Virus record (IMG/VR): IMGVR_UViG_3300005663_000064
Coordinates: 1-50,244 of that record
Strand: one strand, 5' to 3'
Length of the DNA: 50,244 nucleotides
From: a virus
Taxonomy: Duplodnaviria; Caudoviricetes
The position numbers and the translations under genes were made by a program. Numbering within the stretch: position 1 is the first letter of the stretch; every line of letters begins with the position of its first letter. Positions 17,976 through 27,831 of this stretch are shown here, in pieces. Below the pieces are notes generated by a model that worked only from the letters and a program-made list of their open reading frames with translations, did no database searches and was not told the DNA's origin.

Positions 17976-20900
17976 TGCTACAACAAGTTATAAAAGAGCC
18001 AGATCAGTTCACGAAAGACCTGATTGCTAAGAGACAAAAGCAACGTAGCCAATTGCAACCTGATGCTTTTACTCAAGAGCTAATCGCTAAGAGAGCTAAA
18101 GCTCAACCAGATCAGTTTACTCGTAACCTTATTTCTGAAAGAGCTAAGGAAAATAATGAAACTGGTTTCTGGCGCAGAGCAGGGCAGAGGGCTATATTCT
18201 CTGGACTTAGCCTTGTCAAGGGTGTTCGTGAGGTATTCGAGCCACCCGAGAAGTTAGGCGAAGCGATAAAGGAAGCTCTGCCAAGTAGCGCAATAGAGGC
18301 TCAGGAAGAACAGAAAAAGGCTTTCGAGAGATTGCGGTCTAAGGCCAAACCAGAAGAAGCTAAGGGATGGAAGGATATAGCTGCTGATATAGTCGGTGAA
18401 GTTCCATCATTCTTCGTTGCTGGTGGTTTATCCAAGAAGTTAACTCAAAATATTGCTAACAACCTACTTAGACGTGGATCGCGTGGAGCGTTAACCTCGT
18501 TTGTATTCGATATATCGCAAGATCATAAGATTTCGCCTGAGCAAGCCGTTGCCTTTGCCGGCATAGATGCTTTACTCATTCCTGGTGCTAAGAAAACTTT
18601 CGATATACTTAAGCAGGTTAAACAGCTCAAGAACTTGAAAGTCACGGCACAGATACCAAAGAGTGCTGATGATCTATTCGGTGCTGCTGAAGGTTTAGTT
18701 CCAACTGAACTTGATCGACTTGGACTGGCTGCTAAGACTGCGGAAAGAGAACTCGCTGAGTCAAAGAGGCTGCTCAAGAAACCGGTAGTTACTAAGCCGA
18801 GTAAGGTAGCAACCAAAGGCAGGGAGGAATTAGAGGAATTTGCTGGGATAGGCCCGCCTAAAGAGAAAAGGGCGTTTGTAATCGAGTCTGAGAATGTGTT
18901 CAACGAGAAAACCTCAAGTTTCGATAACATCAGAACGGTTAAGATACCGGATCACGTTACCAATCCTATTGATAACTATAAGATGATAAGCCATAGTCCC
19001 GGTAGAAATCAGACTTACCTATCTGAGATGCACGCTGACATAGTGGAAGGCTTAGAACGGGTTGGTAATCGACTCACAGATAAGGAGCTTAATGCTATCG
19101 TTAAGGGAGCATATAGCGATAAGACAGGCCAAGTGCTGATGCAACAATTAGAGAAAGTTCCCAATGAGGTTAAGAACGACCTGTTTAAGAACCTCAGAGA
19201 GATGGGATATAGTAACCAGCAACTTGATGAGTTCGCTAAGACGATAAAGTTCGCTGATAAAGCCATCCCCGAAGTGGTAAAAGATGCTACGGAGGTGGTA
19301 TCACCTGAATTAAAGACGCTACAAGGGCAATTCTTTGCTACATTAAAACGTAAAGGCATAAGCACGGAAAGCCAAGAATATAAGGCTCTTCTTGAAGAAG
19401 GCTTAGGCATAAATGATCTAAAGTTTAAGGGTAAAACTGCGGTTGGCGAGACTCAGATGAGAGATATGATCAGGCGGGTCAACAGTCTCAGCGTAGACGA
19501 TGTGCCTCAAGACCGGCTTACCAAGCTGATCAACGGTGAGATGCCGGTGATACTTGGTGAGGACTTAGGCAATCAATCGTCTTCATCCTTCAGAGTAGCA
19601 AGAGTCATCTTCAACAAGGGGTTGACCAGCGTAGAGACGATGATGCGTAGGACAGGCCCTATAGGCAACCAGATAGCTGAGAGGATTCTTAAGTTCAAAG
19701 CTTGGAAAGATCGTACTACTCAGCAGGACTTGAGTGTCATCAAACAAGCCTTTAAGAAGTTTAACAATAAGGAAACAAGGGAGTTTATCAAGAGCTACGA
19801 AACCGACACTGTAGACTTCTCTAAGCCGAAGTTTAAGGATGCTTACGATCTCCTTAGGCCAGTGCTTCATGAGAAGGGCCTGAAAGCCGAGGAGTTAGGA
19901 TTCAAGATACGATCTACTTCAGGCAAGGGTGTAAGGCCGTTTACTCTCAAGGAGAATTACTGGCCTCACGTCTTTGACTTTGATATAACCAAGGCTACTA
20001 AGGGCAGAGAACGGCTGATCAAGCACTGGATGAAGAAAAACGGTGTGACAAGGGGTGAAGCTATGGCCGAACTCGATAAACTTGCCAAGCTCCGTAATTC
20101 CAACCTTGATCCTAACCTTGAGTTCGAGAGAGCGTTTAACGCTGGTGGCTGGCTTGGTGATCCTACGTTTGAAGGCTTTACCAAGCGGAAGGCCATTAGA
20201 GGTTTATCCCGTTATGTGGATGGTGCTAACAGGCGACTCGGGGAGGCTACCTTCTTCGATGCTGAAGGTAAGCGTGTTTTCGGTGAAGGATGGAAGTCGT
20301 TTAACGAGTTGGTTAACATGGTCGGCGACCGTGATAAGCAAAACCTGCTGGTCAAGGGGCTTGAAGCTGTCAGAGGTCTAAATTCCTCTGAGGTGGAGAA
20401 TACATTCCTCGGTGCGTTGAGGAACTACCAGATTGTGCAGAAGTTATTCTTCGCTACTATTCCCAATGCGTTCCAGAACGCTATTACTACTATTCCCAAG
20501 GTTCAAGGACTTGGCTTTACAAGAGGGGTCAAGGCTGTGATTAAGGGTGGATTCGATGCCTTTGCTAATCCCAACTTTGCAAGACTTGAGGTTGGAGCTG
20601 CCGTTAATCAGACGCTAAAGGATATTACGGGTATGTCAAGCCGTGGATTTAGTGGTAGACTGGCAAACATCTTCCTGAAGATAAACGGATTCTCTGCGGT
20701 TGAAGCGAGGAACAACATCGTTGCTGCATCTATGGGTAGAGTCTATATTAATGAAGCGTTCAAGGTTGTTACTAAGAAGCAAGCTACAGGGACTTTCATA
20801 GGTAAACGGCTAACCGATAGACTAATCTTCAATGCTAAGAAGGAACTAAAGCTATTCGGTATAAGTGAAGATGCTATTAAGAGAGGTTCGCTTGCCTCGG

Positions 20901-21451
20901 ACGAGATAGCTGAAGCATCATGGCGCATGGCTCGCCTTACTCAGTTTAGAGGCGGTGCTTTCGATATACCGCTATATGCTAATGGGCCGTTGGGCAAGTT
21001 GGCGTTCCAGTTCAAGACGTTCGCCTTCAACATTAACAAGCTGGCCTGGCACAACTTCGGCAAACCTGCTATGAAGTTTATGTCGACAGGCGGCAAGGAG
21101 GGAACACTCCTCCCGCTGACAACCTTCTTAGGAGCTTCGCTCTTAAGCGGTGAAGTCATCGCCTATATCAGATCAGAGCTTATATGGGGAAGGAAGCGAC
21201 CGGAAGAGGCTTGGAAGCGGATATTGGACGATCTCTTCTGGGCAGGATCATTCGGCCTTTGGTACGACATCTATCAATCACACTTCTGGGGAGGGGCAGC
21301 TAAGAGTGCGTTAGGGCCTACATTCGGAGATATCTTCGATGCTGAGAAGGCACTGCGGTCAGAGAAAGCCGGCAAAGAGTTTTTACGTAAACAGATACCA
21401 ATAATAGGGCAAACGCCCATAGGTAAAGAAACGAAACGGAGGACATTCTAA
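17975..21451 (+). CDS. Large internal virion / ejection protein
   Basis: 1158 aa helical protein; N-terminal PDxFT.xLI repeat three times; C-terminal TQF..P..G.LAFQFKTF..LGPTFG motif. Confidence 0.65.
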   Translation: MLQQVIKEPDQFTKDLIAKRQKQRSQLQPDAFTQELIAKRAKAQPDQFTRNLISERAKENNETGFWRRAGQRAIFSGLSLVKGVREVFEPPEKLGEAIKEALPSSAIEAQEEQKKAFERLRSKAKPEEAKGWKDIAADIVGEVPSFFVAGGLSKKLTQNIANNLLRRGSRGALTSFVFDISQDHKISPEQAVAFAGIDALLIPGAKKTFDILKQVKQLKNLKVTAQIPKSADDLFGAAEGLVPTELDRLGLAAKTAERELAESKRLLKKPVVTKPSKVATKGREELEEFAGIGPPKEKRAFVIESENVFNEKTSSFDNIRTVKIPDHVTNPIDNYKMISHSPGRNQTYLSEMHADIVEGLERVGNRLTDKELNAIVKGAYSDKTGQVLMQQLEKVPNEVKNDLFKNLREMGYSNQQLDEFAKTIKFADKAIPEVVKDATEVVSPELKTLQGQFFATLKRKGISTESQEYKALLEEGLGINDLKFKGKTAVGETQMRDMIRRVNSLSVDDVPQDRLTKLINGEMPVILGEDLGNQSSSSFRVARVIFNKGLTSVETMMRRTGPIGNQIAERILKFKAWKDRTTQQDLSVIKQAFKKFNNKETREFIKSYETDTVDFSKPKFKDAYDLLRPVLHEKGLKAEELGFKIRSTSGKGVRPFTLKENYWPHVFDFDITKATKGRERLIKHWMKKNGVTRGEAMAELDKLAKLRNSNLDPNLEFERAFNAGGWLGDPTFEGFTKRKAIRGLSRYVDGANRRLGEATFFDAEGKRVFGEGWKSFNELVNMVGDRDKQNLLVKGLEAVRGLNSSEVENTFLGALRNYQIVQKLFFATIPNAFQNAITTIPKVQGLGFTRGVKAVIKGGFDAFANPNFARLEVGAAVNQTLKDITGMSSRGFSGRLANIFLKINGFSAVEARNNIVAASMGRVYINEAFKVVTKKQATGTFIGKRLTDRLIFNAKKELKLFGISEDAIKRGSLASDEIAEASWRMARLTQFRGGAFDIPLYANGPLGKLAFQFKTFAFNINKLAWHNFGKPAMKFMSTGGKEGTLLPLTTFLGASLLSGEVIAYIRSELIWGRKRPEEAWKRILDDLFWAGSFGLWYDIYQSHFWGGAAKSALGPTFGDIFDAEKALRSEKAGKEFLRKQIPIIGQTPIGKETKRRTF

Positions 21452-22026
21452 TGAAGAAAGTTATTTTAATCGGGTTAATCGTCTTGATGGCAACCAGTCT
21501 CATGGCTCAACAGAAAGCTGAGAAACACCGAGGCAGGTATGAGGTCTGGAACGAAGGTAGAGTTTTCCTTTACTCTAAAGGCACCGGTAGCGGTCTGGTG
21601 GTTCAGTCTCGATCCAACACTGATAACTGGACGTTTGATAATGGCGACACGCTCTTGTCCACAGTTATGAAGACTACGCCGGCTATCGGATGGCAGGGAT
21701 CGCTGACCACTGATTCAGATTCAGCAGTTTGTATTATAGAGATACTTTGCGCTACAGGCTTTGAACGCAACGAGGAGGATGTGCCGGATAGCCAGTTTAT
21801 TCCTACGGGGTGGATTGGCACTAATGCCGGCGGTCACATGTACTACTCATCATTCGTAGATGACGCTACACCTGACAGTGTTACGGCTACCGGATGGAAG
21901 AATCCTATATCGCTTCCCTTACCCGTAAGCTCTTTGTGGAGGATACGAGTCAGGGCTATCACCACGAGTGAGAAGGTCGGCACGCTGACGTTGAAGCAAA
22001 GACGAACCAGCTATATAGCTAATTAG
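21451..22026 (+). CDS. Sec signal-peptide protein
   Basis: MKKVILIGLIVLMATSLMA|QQ. Confidence 0.65.
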   Translation: MKKVILIGLIVLMATSLMAQQKAEKHRGRYEVWNEGRVFLYSKGTGSGLVVQSRSNTDNWTFDNGDTLLSTVMKTTPAIGWQGSLTTDSDSAVCIIEILCATGFERNEEDVPDSQFIPTGWIGTNAGGHMYYSSFVDDATPDSVTATGWKNPISLPLPVSSLWRIRVRAITTSEKVGTLTLKQRRTSYIAN

Positions 22027-22035
22027 GAGGCAACG

Positions 22036-23106
22036 ATGAAACGATTTATTTTACTTATACTGCTTTTACTTACTCCGCTGGCTCTTAAGGCTCAGGCCGA
22101 CAAGTTCACATTCTTTGACTTAGGCGGAGGTGTAATCGTTGGACTTTCTACTTCTGGTGGGATATTTACTTTTACCGGTAGTATAGTTGCAACTGGCGAT
22201 TTGACCCTTGGCGTTGCAGGCTCCAGCGAAATCACCCCAACACTCTCAATCATAGGCGATGCCGACAGCGATGCAGAGGATATGGATGACACATTCGCTT
22301 TGACTTTGGTTCCAACTGTTAATCCAATAAACGCTTTCTATAAGTTTTCTACCTCACAAGCCAAAGGTTTTTCTTTTGATGGTACCGTTGGAGTTGGACT
22401 ATCAACGGTACCCGGCTCTCAGTTCTGGGTTGAAGGTGGTTGGATTACCCACAATGCCGGAGCCGGTTCTGCTGGTCGCATAGATGTAATTGGGGGCGAT
22501 GGTCAACCTGCTGGAATTACTTTGAAAGCGGATAGGTTTGATGATAATGCTGACTGGTGGTCGATGAGTGCCTCTGTCGCTAATGTGTTTACAATAAATT
22601 CATTAGCCACAGGATCGGTAGTTCCATTAATTTCGATAACAACGGATGGTTCGACAACTCAAGAAACCTACGTAGTCCGCAAACACGTAGCTCTTTCAGG
22701 TGCTACTGACAACAGTGCCACAAACATCTTCACCATCACAACTGCTGATGAAACTGGTTCAGCAGATGGTGGAATGTATAGTGTTAAAGTTCATTTATCA
22801 GCAGGCGAGGCAACTGCCGCCAGTGGTGCTGTGAATACAGCATCTATGAGTCTTGTTGTCCATTGGACAAGAATTATGGCATCAGCAGGAACGGGAGCAA
22901 ATTCTGTTGTATCTGAAATAAGTCAAAGTGCTTCTGCTAATGAAGGAACAGGACAGATAACTGACATATTAGTTACAGTAACAGAAACAAGCGAATTTGT
23001 TCAGCAAGTTTTGGTAACTGTAAATACAAGTGGTGGAACTGCGGATGCTTTCGCTATGGTGGAATTAATTTACAGTGATTTTACAACGCCGCCGTCAATC
23101 CAATGA
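22036..23106 (+). CDS. Tail-fibre-like protein with Sec signal peptide
   Basis: MKRFILLILLLLTPLALKA|QA; GTVGVGLSTVPGSQFWVEG fibre-type repeat; T/S/G/A-rich. Confidence 0.55.
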   Translation: MKRFILLILLLLTPLALKAQADKFTFFDLGGGVIVGLSTSGGIFTFTGSIVATGDLTLGVAGSSEITPTLSIIGDADSDAEDMDDTFALTLVPTVNPINAFYKFSTSQAKGFSFDGTVGVGLSTVPGSQFWVEGGWITHNAGAGSAGRIDVIGGDGQPAGITLKADRFDDNADWWSMSASVANVFTINSLATGSVVPLISITTDGSTTQETYVVRKHVALSGATDNSATNIFTITTADETGSADGGMYSVKVHLSAGEATAASGAVNTASMSLVVHWTRIMASAGTGANSVVSEISQSASANEGTGQITDILVTVTETSEFVQQVLVTVNTSGGTADAFAMVELIYSDFTTPPSIQ

Positions 23107-23501
23107 TGAAGAAACTAATCCTAATATGCGCCATCTTGCTCTTATTCTCACCAGTAGAGGCTCAGAGCTTCAAATGGTATCCTGTAGAGCGGGATTTTCC
23201 CGATAGCAAATATGGGGAATTCTTTAAATATGACAAGGCGGATCACTTCGCTACATCCGCTTTGTCAGTTATGGTTATTCCGGCAAAGAAGTATAATCTG
23301 GACTTCTGGACAACGGTTGCCTTCGGTATAGGTTACGAGATATATGACGGCTACGATTGGCGCAGGTCGGGCGGGTTTAGCGTTACAGACCTCATCTTCA
23401 ACATAGCGGGAGCGATTACGGGCGTGTGGATTAAGGATCTATGCCACACTTTAGGGATTTACGTGTTAGTCAATAGAAACGGTATATCAATTAACTTCTG
23501 A
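23106..23501 (+). CDS. Exported/membrane protein, YfiM/DUF2279-like
   Basis: Signal peptide ..VEA|QS; DKADHF..S, GIGYEIYD and GFSVTDL..N..G motifs. Confidence 0.6.
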   Translation: MKKLILICAILLLFSPVEAQSFKWYPVERDFPDSKYGEFFKYDKADHFATSALSVMVIPAKKYNLDFWTTVAFGIGYEIYDGYDWRRSGGFSVTDLIFNIAGAITGVWIKDLCHTLGIYVLVNRNGISINF

Positions 23502-23518
23502 TAACTTCTGAGGTTCTT

Positions 23519-23650
23519 ATGAACAAGTATCTAAAAATTGCATTGTGGGTCGTAGGTACGATCACTGTCATGGTCATACTGTTTATGATCATAATCGAAG
23601 GCTGTGTGGATTTAGCTTTTCAAGTCTTTAGTGGGAAGCAATCTAATTGA
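23519..23650 (+). CDS. Small single-TM protein (43 aa, not in the ORF track)
   Basis: MNKYLKIALWVVGTITVMVILFMIIIEG..; GAGG RBS. Confidence 0.45.
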   Translation: MNKYLKIALWVVGTITVMVILFMIIIEGCVDLAFQVFSGKQSN

Positions 23651-23664
23651 AATGGAGTGAAAAA

Positions 23665-23925
23665 ATGGCTGAAGAAAAACGTGGAATCAGAGTATCGCCA
23701 GCGGTGATCTTGCAAGTTCTTCTTATACTTGGTGTCTTCGCCGGTTGGATTATGTCTTATTCAACACTCAAGGGCGATATTAAGCACCTAAAAGAAAACG
23801 TTACCAAGATTGAGATAAAATATGATACAATAGCGGCAACTCGACTGGAATGGATCGGTACTGTCCACAAAATCGAGGTTCACTTGGAAAACATAGACAC
23901 TCGACTTAAGGCTATTGAGAAATGA
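23665..23925 (+). CDS. TM plus coiled-coil protein (holin/lysis-associated)
   Basis: One TM helix followed by a coiled coil; near the end of the late operon. Confidence 0.5.
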   Translation: MAEEKRGIRVSPAVILQVLLILGVFAGWIMSYSTLKGDIKHLKENVTKIEIKYDTIAATRLEWIGTVHKIEVHLENIDTRLKAIEK

Positions 23926-24077
23926 TGAAGATATGGAAGATGGCAGCTAACTTCTTGACTAGCCGATTTGTGGGCGTGAAATTGTTTACAGTAAATAAGA
24001 CTCGATCCATTATGGATTGGGTGATAAAGATAATCCAACTAATAATGAACAAATGGAAAGGTAAAGACCATGGATAA
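23922..24077 (+). CDS. Small basic amphipathic protein (51 aa, not in the ORF track)
   Basis: ATGA overlap with the upstream ORF and overlap with the downstream start. Confidence 0.4.
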   Translation: MMKIWKMAANFLTSRFVGVKLFTVNKTRSIMDWVIKIIQLIMNKWKGKDHG

Positions 24078-24309
24078 TGGATTGCTTGCAACATTAGCTA
24101 CAGGCATTATCACACTGCTTAGTGTCTTTAAGATATGGCACAATGTAGGGCAGGTGTTTAAAGCCATCAAGGAAGTGTCTGACGTTGGGACTACTCTTGC
24201 TCGGATAACCGCTGATCAGAAGATAACGGTTGACGAGATGAAGGAGTTGCAGAAGGAAATTGCCGAAGCCAAGGATGCCCTTAAAGGGATTAAGTTTGGT
24301 AGGAAATAG
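24070..24309 (+). CDS. Holin-like membrane protein
   Basis: N-terminal TM helix, ADQKITVDE motif, basic C-terminus; last late gene. Confidence 0.5.
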   Translation: MDNGLLATLATGIITLLSVFKIWHNVGQVFKAIKEVSDVGTTLARITADQKITVDEMKELQKEIAEAKDALKGIKFGRK

Positions 24310-24316
24310 CAATGTA

Positions 24317-24344
24317 AGAGGGAGGCGACTCCCTCTATTTTATT
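24317..24344 (+). terminator. Intrinsic terminator at the convergence of the two arms
   Basis: AGAGGGAG-GCGA-CTCCCTCT followed by ATTTTATT. Confidence 0.8.
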
Positions 24345-24583
24345 CTCCCTATTTCTCTTAATATTGCTTTTACCACGTGATCAGGCGTGTCCTTAATCAC
24401 ATAATACCTTCCCTTGTAGAAGAAACTTTCAACTGGACTATATCTTAACGCTTGTTGCATGAGCCTATCAAATTCTTCATAAGTCCAATGTGCTGATTCG
24501 GCAGTTGAGCTAACCACTGCCTCAGCTATGCTTGGAAATGCTGACAACGCTGGGATAAGTCTCATGAAGGTTCGCCTGTTCAT
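24335..24583 (-). CDS. Small protein with twin-arginine (Tat)-like signal
   Basis: MNRRTFMRLIPALSAFPSIAEA (RRxF and AxA motifs). Confidence 0.6.
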   Translation of the reverse strand: MNRRTFMRLIPALSAFPSIAEAVVSSTAESAHWTYEEFDRLMQQALRYSPVESFFYKGRYYVIKDTPDHVVKAILREIGRIK

Positions 24584-24768
24584 TTTATCCTCTCCACTAA
24601 CTCCGCAATCACCTCTCTATATTCTTGGCCCGCTTGCTCGTGAGCTTGGGTAATGATTTTATAGTCGTTTATCGTCCTCTGCTGAATGATAATAAGGACT
24701 GCCAGAGCTACGATCACCGCTACAAGCACTAACCACCTTACTCCTTGCGCTACAACGCCTCTGGTCAT
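24580..24768 (-). CDS. Small TM protein
   Basis: Hydrophobic helix then coiled coil; coupled overlaps. Confidence 0.55.
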   Translation of the reverse strand: MTRGVVAQGVRWLVLVAVIVALAVLIIIQQRTINDYKIITQAHEQAGQEYREVIAELVERIK

Positions 24769-25127
24769 AGCTCCTCCAGTCTAATTGTAGGTTTGCCGAT
24801 TAGCCCTGAACGGATGAACTCAAATGCTTCCACGAACCCTGCGCTGAGCAGTTCCCTCTCTTGAGTAGCCTCCATTAAGAGCAAGATTACTTGTTCGTCT
24901 TTAAACACTCTCAGTTTTTTCTCTTTTTCTGAGTCAAGCTTTATTACATGGGTAACGGTATCCTGCTCCTTCACAGTGTTATATCGCTTCATCGCTACCG
25001 ATGCTACATTAGGTTTCTTACACACGGTGCAGATTGTTAACGCGGACTTGTTGCCTATAGACGAATCTGTTACATCAAGCTTCATCACCATTCCGCACTT
25101 AAAGCATATTCCTTTTCTATCTTTCAT
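24765..25127 (-). CDS. Zn-ribbon hypothetical protein
   Basis: CFKC..CTVC. Confidence 0.6.
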   Translation of the reverse strand: MKDRKGICFKCGMVMKLDVTDSSIGNKSALTICTVCKKPNVASVAMKRYNTVKEQDTVTHVIKLDSEKEKKLRVFKDEQVILLLMEATQERELLSAGFVEAFEFIRSGLIGKPTIRLEEL

Positions 25128-25140
25128 TTCACAATTCCCT

Positions 25141-25665
25141 TCACGGTTGTCTTTCGATAATATTTAATCTTGCAAATTCGCCATGATACTTTAACGCCCC
25201 TATATTGTAAGCAATTGCCGCCTCAATTTCTTTTTCAAAACAACCGAGTGATATTGATTTAAAGTTAACACAAATCAATGCTCGCCATTTTTTTAAACTC
25301 TTATGCCAAGAAACACCTTTATATTTAGATGTTCCGCGATTAGAAATCATGTTCATGTGGTTTTGAGAGTTGCTACAAAGTCTTAAATTGCTAATATTAT
25401 TATCTGATTTGACTTCGTTTCTGTGATCTACTTGTTTGTCTGGCGGTGCGTTAACGACCAGTCGTGCAACCTTTTTCTTGTGGCGCTTTCCGCCCGTAAA
25501 TAGATCGATGTTCAAATATCCTTTTTGATTTAAATATGGTTTTAGTTTAACTAGTTCACCGCTTGGGCGTCCGTTATACTTCTTGTTGCTCCAGACTTCA
25601 CCTAAATCATTAACAAAATAGTTCGGGAAATCTGGTATCGGTCTCAATTCTGCTTCTTTGTTCAC
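25141..25665 (-). CDS. NUMOD4-HNH-AP2 homing endonuclease
   Basis: PNYFVNDLGEVWS, VDHRNEVKSDNNISNLR and SKYKGVSW..W.A.I..LG.F..AA.AYN; start moved to GTG 25665 because the upstream part is promoter/leader. Confidence 0.9.
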   Translation of the reverse strand: MNKEAELRPIPDFPNYFVNDLGEVWSNKKYNGRPSGELVKLKPYLNQKGYLNIDLFTGGKRHKKKVARLVVNAPPDKQVDHRNEVKSDNNISNLRLCSNSQNHMNMISNRGTSKYKGVSWHKSLKKWRALICVNFKSISLGCFEKEIEAAIAYNIGALKYHGEFARLNIIERQP

Positions 25666-25676
25666 GTTGTCACCAT

Positions 25677-25793
25677 AAAAAAATCCCATCGAACACGGAA
25701 GGTCAGCAAAACCATTACGCCCAATGGGATTCATAAAACACTGTTTGCTTGTTTCCGTGCTTATAATATAATCGTTCATATCCATAAAATCAA
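25677..25793 (-). promoter_or_regulatory. Sigma-70 promoter plus leader/terminator of the HNH-AP2 cassette
   Basis: TTGATT-17-TATATT (25793-25765); stem 25682-25731 followed by a U run on the - strand. Confidence 0.65.
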
Positions 25794-25806
25794 CTAAATT
25801 TTCCCA

Positions 25807-26157
25807 TTACATTTCACTCCATTTTTTCATTAAGGTTTCAAATAAGATCCAGCGGAGAAACAGGAACCAAAGGAGGAGAAAACCTAAAATGCCCGCTGTC
25901 CTCAATTTATATGGTTTCGGTTTGTGGCCATCAACTTTCCAAATTAATACTTTTTGATACCAAATTTCATCCCACAATCTAACCGCAAACCATCCCGTCA
26001 AAACCGCAAAGCCAATCCACCAGTACTTCAGGAAATGCCATAGCCATTTATCGCCATACCAAGCGAAGTTTTGATAAAACAATATCGCATCCGTGACCGA
26101 GTTCGTGATTGTGAACAGAGTCCAAAACAGAAACGTTAAACTAAAAGCCTTAGTCAT
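25807..26157 (-). CDS. Multi-TM membrane protein
   Basis: Three hydrophobic W/F-rich segments; RBS GAGGAGG. Confidence 0.65.
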   Translation of the reverse strand: MTKAFSLTFLFWTLFTITNSVTDAILFYQNFAWYGDKWLWHFLKYWWIGFAVLTGWFAVRLWDEIWYQKVLIWKVDGHKPKPYKLRTAGILGFLLLWFLFLRWILFETLMKKWSEM

Positions 26158-26178
26158 CTTGCCTCCTCAAATGATTCA

Positions 26179-27027
26179 TTACTCATTCCTTATGATTTTT
26201 ATTTTATCGTCCTTTCCTTTATATCGCCTGTTCGTCCCCCTAATTGTGAATATCCGATCACTCATTTCTACAATCCGGCTGACCACCGACTCATCATACA
26301 CCTGGGATAGATTAGCTATACTCACAGTGGAGATGAAGACGGTAGCTGTGTTGGTTCGAAGCGACTTCCAGTTCCGGTATCTCAAGTCCACAAAGTCAAA
26401 CAGCACATCGGACTCGAACTTACTCTTAGTCCGATTAACTACCGTCTGATGGTCGGTAATCTCCATGGCTAAATAGCGTTTATGCCTATACCGATCGATC
26501 ACAGCCACTTCTGACTCATCGGTATCGTAGGTGCGTCTAATGTCTAAAAAGATGTCCCTCATTCTTATATACGAAAGTTGTTCATGGTGAAGGATGGATT
26601 CTCTGAGTAGATTGCTAAAGATGAAACTGGCATAGTAGGATTTCCCTACGCCACAATCCGATACTATGGTGTAGCTCTTGAGCTGCTTCAATCCCATGTA
26701 GATTTCTCTGCACATGGCAACATCGTCCTCACTAAAAGCATCTGCCGTAGTCTCTGTGAAGGGCAAGCCTACAATCCGTGCATACTTGTCGAAGCTCTTA
26801 AGTCTACGCTTCTTCTCTGCCGTTTTCTTCTTGGCTTTATCTATAAGAGTAGCTTCGTTTACTTTCTTACCACACTCCACACATATCGCAACTTTCACAC
26901 TTGTATACATCTTCACACCATCTACCAATATCGCCTCCACATCTACAGTCACAGCACAGAGTTGGCATTTTAGAACAGGTTTTATCCTTGTTAGAATCGT
27001 CTTCAGGCTCGACTTTATCGATCTCAT
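26179..27027 (-). CDS. DnaC/IstB-like AAA+ ATPase (helicase loader-like) with N-terminal Zn finger
   Basis: CQLC..CVEC; SDCGVGKS; LFDFVDLRY; TVFIST; SRIVEM..G.NRR. Confidence 0.8.
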   Translation of the reverse strand: MRSIKSSLKTILTRIKPVLKCQLCAVTVDVEAILVDGVKMYTSVKVAICVECGKKVNEATLIDKAKKKTAEKKRRLKSFDKYARIVGLPFTETTADAFSEDDVAMCREIYMGLKQLKSYTIVSDCGVGKSYYASFIFSNLLRESILHHEQLSYIRMRDIFLDIRRTYDTDESEVAVIDRYRHKRYLAMEITDHQTVVNRTKSKFESDVLFDFVDLRYRNWKSLRTNTATVFISTVSIANLSQVYDESVVSRIVEMSDRIFTIRGTNRRYKGKDDKIKIIRNE

Positions 27028-27033
27028 AATCCA

Positions 27034-27282
27034 TCACAACTTCTCATCTGTTCTTACGATTCTCTTCCTTATAGAATCGCTTATAACCCCCAACAAGTTA
27101 AACCCGATACATGGCTCGCCCCAATTATGCAGGTTGTTCGCATCGGTCTTCAACTCAGCCTCATGATCCGCTATCCACTTGGTAATGTCATAAGCTGATT
27201 CAACCTTGGACAGCTTCATCTTAGGAGTGTTAATCTCCTTGATTGTGCCATCTCGGTATATGGCGTAGATTTTACGCTTCAT
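27034..27282 (-). CDS. Hypothetical protein
   Basis: RBS AGGAGG; part of the early operon. Confidence 0.6.
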   Translation of the reverse strand: MKRKIYAIYRDGTIKEINTPKMKLSKVESAYDITKWIADHEAELKTDANNLHNWGEPCIGFNLLGVISDSIRKRIVRTDEKL

Positions 27283-27294
27283 CGTTGCCTCCTA

Positions 27295-27831
27295 TTAAAA
27301 TGGTAAGTCAGACTCACCATTATTTGCATGATCAACGGGAAAGAGTTCCATCAATTCGTCCTGTGTGCACACCTTCAATCCATCGATGATGGTGAAGCTT
27401 TCCGGTTCCGAATATTTTGCACCCTTCGGCTTGAACATGTCGATTGTACAGCCACGACCTATGAGGTTCTTCTGGCTTAATTGCCATTTCTTAACTGGTT
27501 CACCATTCTTATAAGTCTTAGTCTCATGGGGAACGTAAGGTAGATCGATAGCTTTGAACACTTCATCCAACTTCCATTGAGCGTTGCCATACAGAAATAC
27601 TTTCTTTTGCTGACCCGCCCACCCTCTATCATCGATGTTGGGGACTACCTTGAACGTGAGGTTGACGTTGAGTTGTGTTTTACCAGTTGATTTACTGGTA
27701 TAGTGGGTATCAATCTCCGCTGCAACGATACGGAAGAAGAAATCTCCCTCGAACTTGCCTTTCTCCTCACCGCCTTCAACTTCGATTACCTCATCATCTA
27801 AAAAAACATTGTCATTCTTTTTCTTTGTCAT
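27295..27831 (-). CDS. Single-stranded DNA-binding protein (DUF669-like)
   Basis: EGDFFFRIVAAE..SKSTG..LTFKV; acidic C-terminal tail SDLPF; adjacent to the annealase. Confidence 0.7.
   Translation of the reverse strand: MTKKKNDNVFLDDEVIEVEGGEEKGKFEGDFFFRIVAAEIDTHYTSKSTGKTQLNVNLTFKVVPNIDDRGWAGQQKKVFLYGNAQWKLDEVFKAIDLPYVPHETKTYKNGEPVKKWQLSQKNLIGRGCTIDMFKPKGAKYSEPESFTIIDGLKVCTQDELMELFPVDHANNGESDLPF

Noticed and set aside
23492-23511. Tandem TAACTTCTGA x2
   Set aside because: Simple 10-bp duplication at a stop codon with no evidence of function
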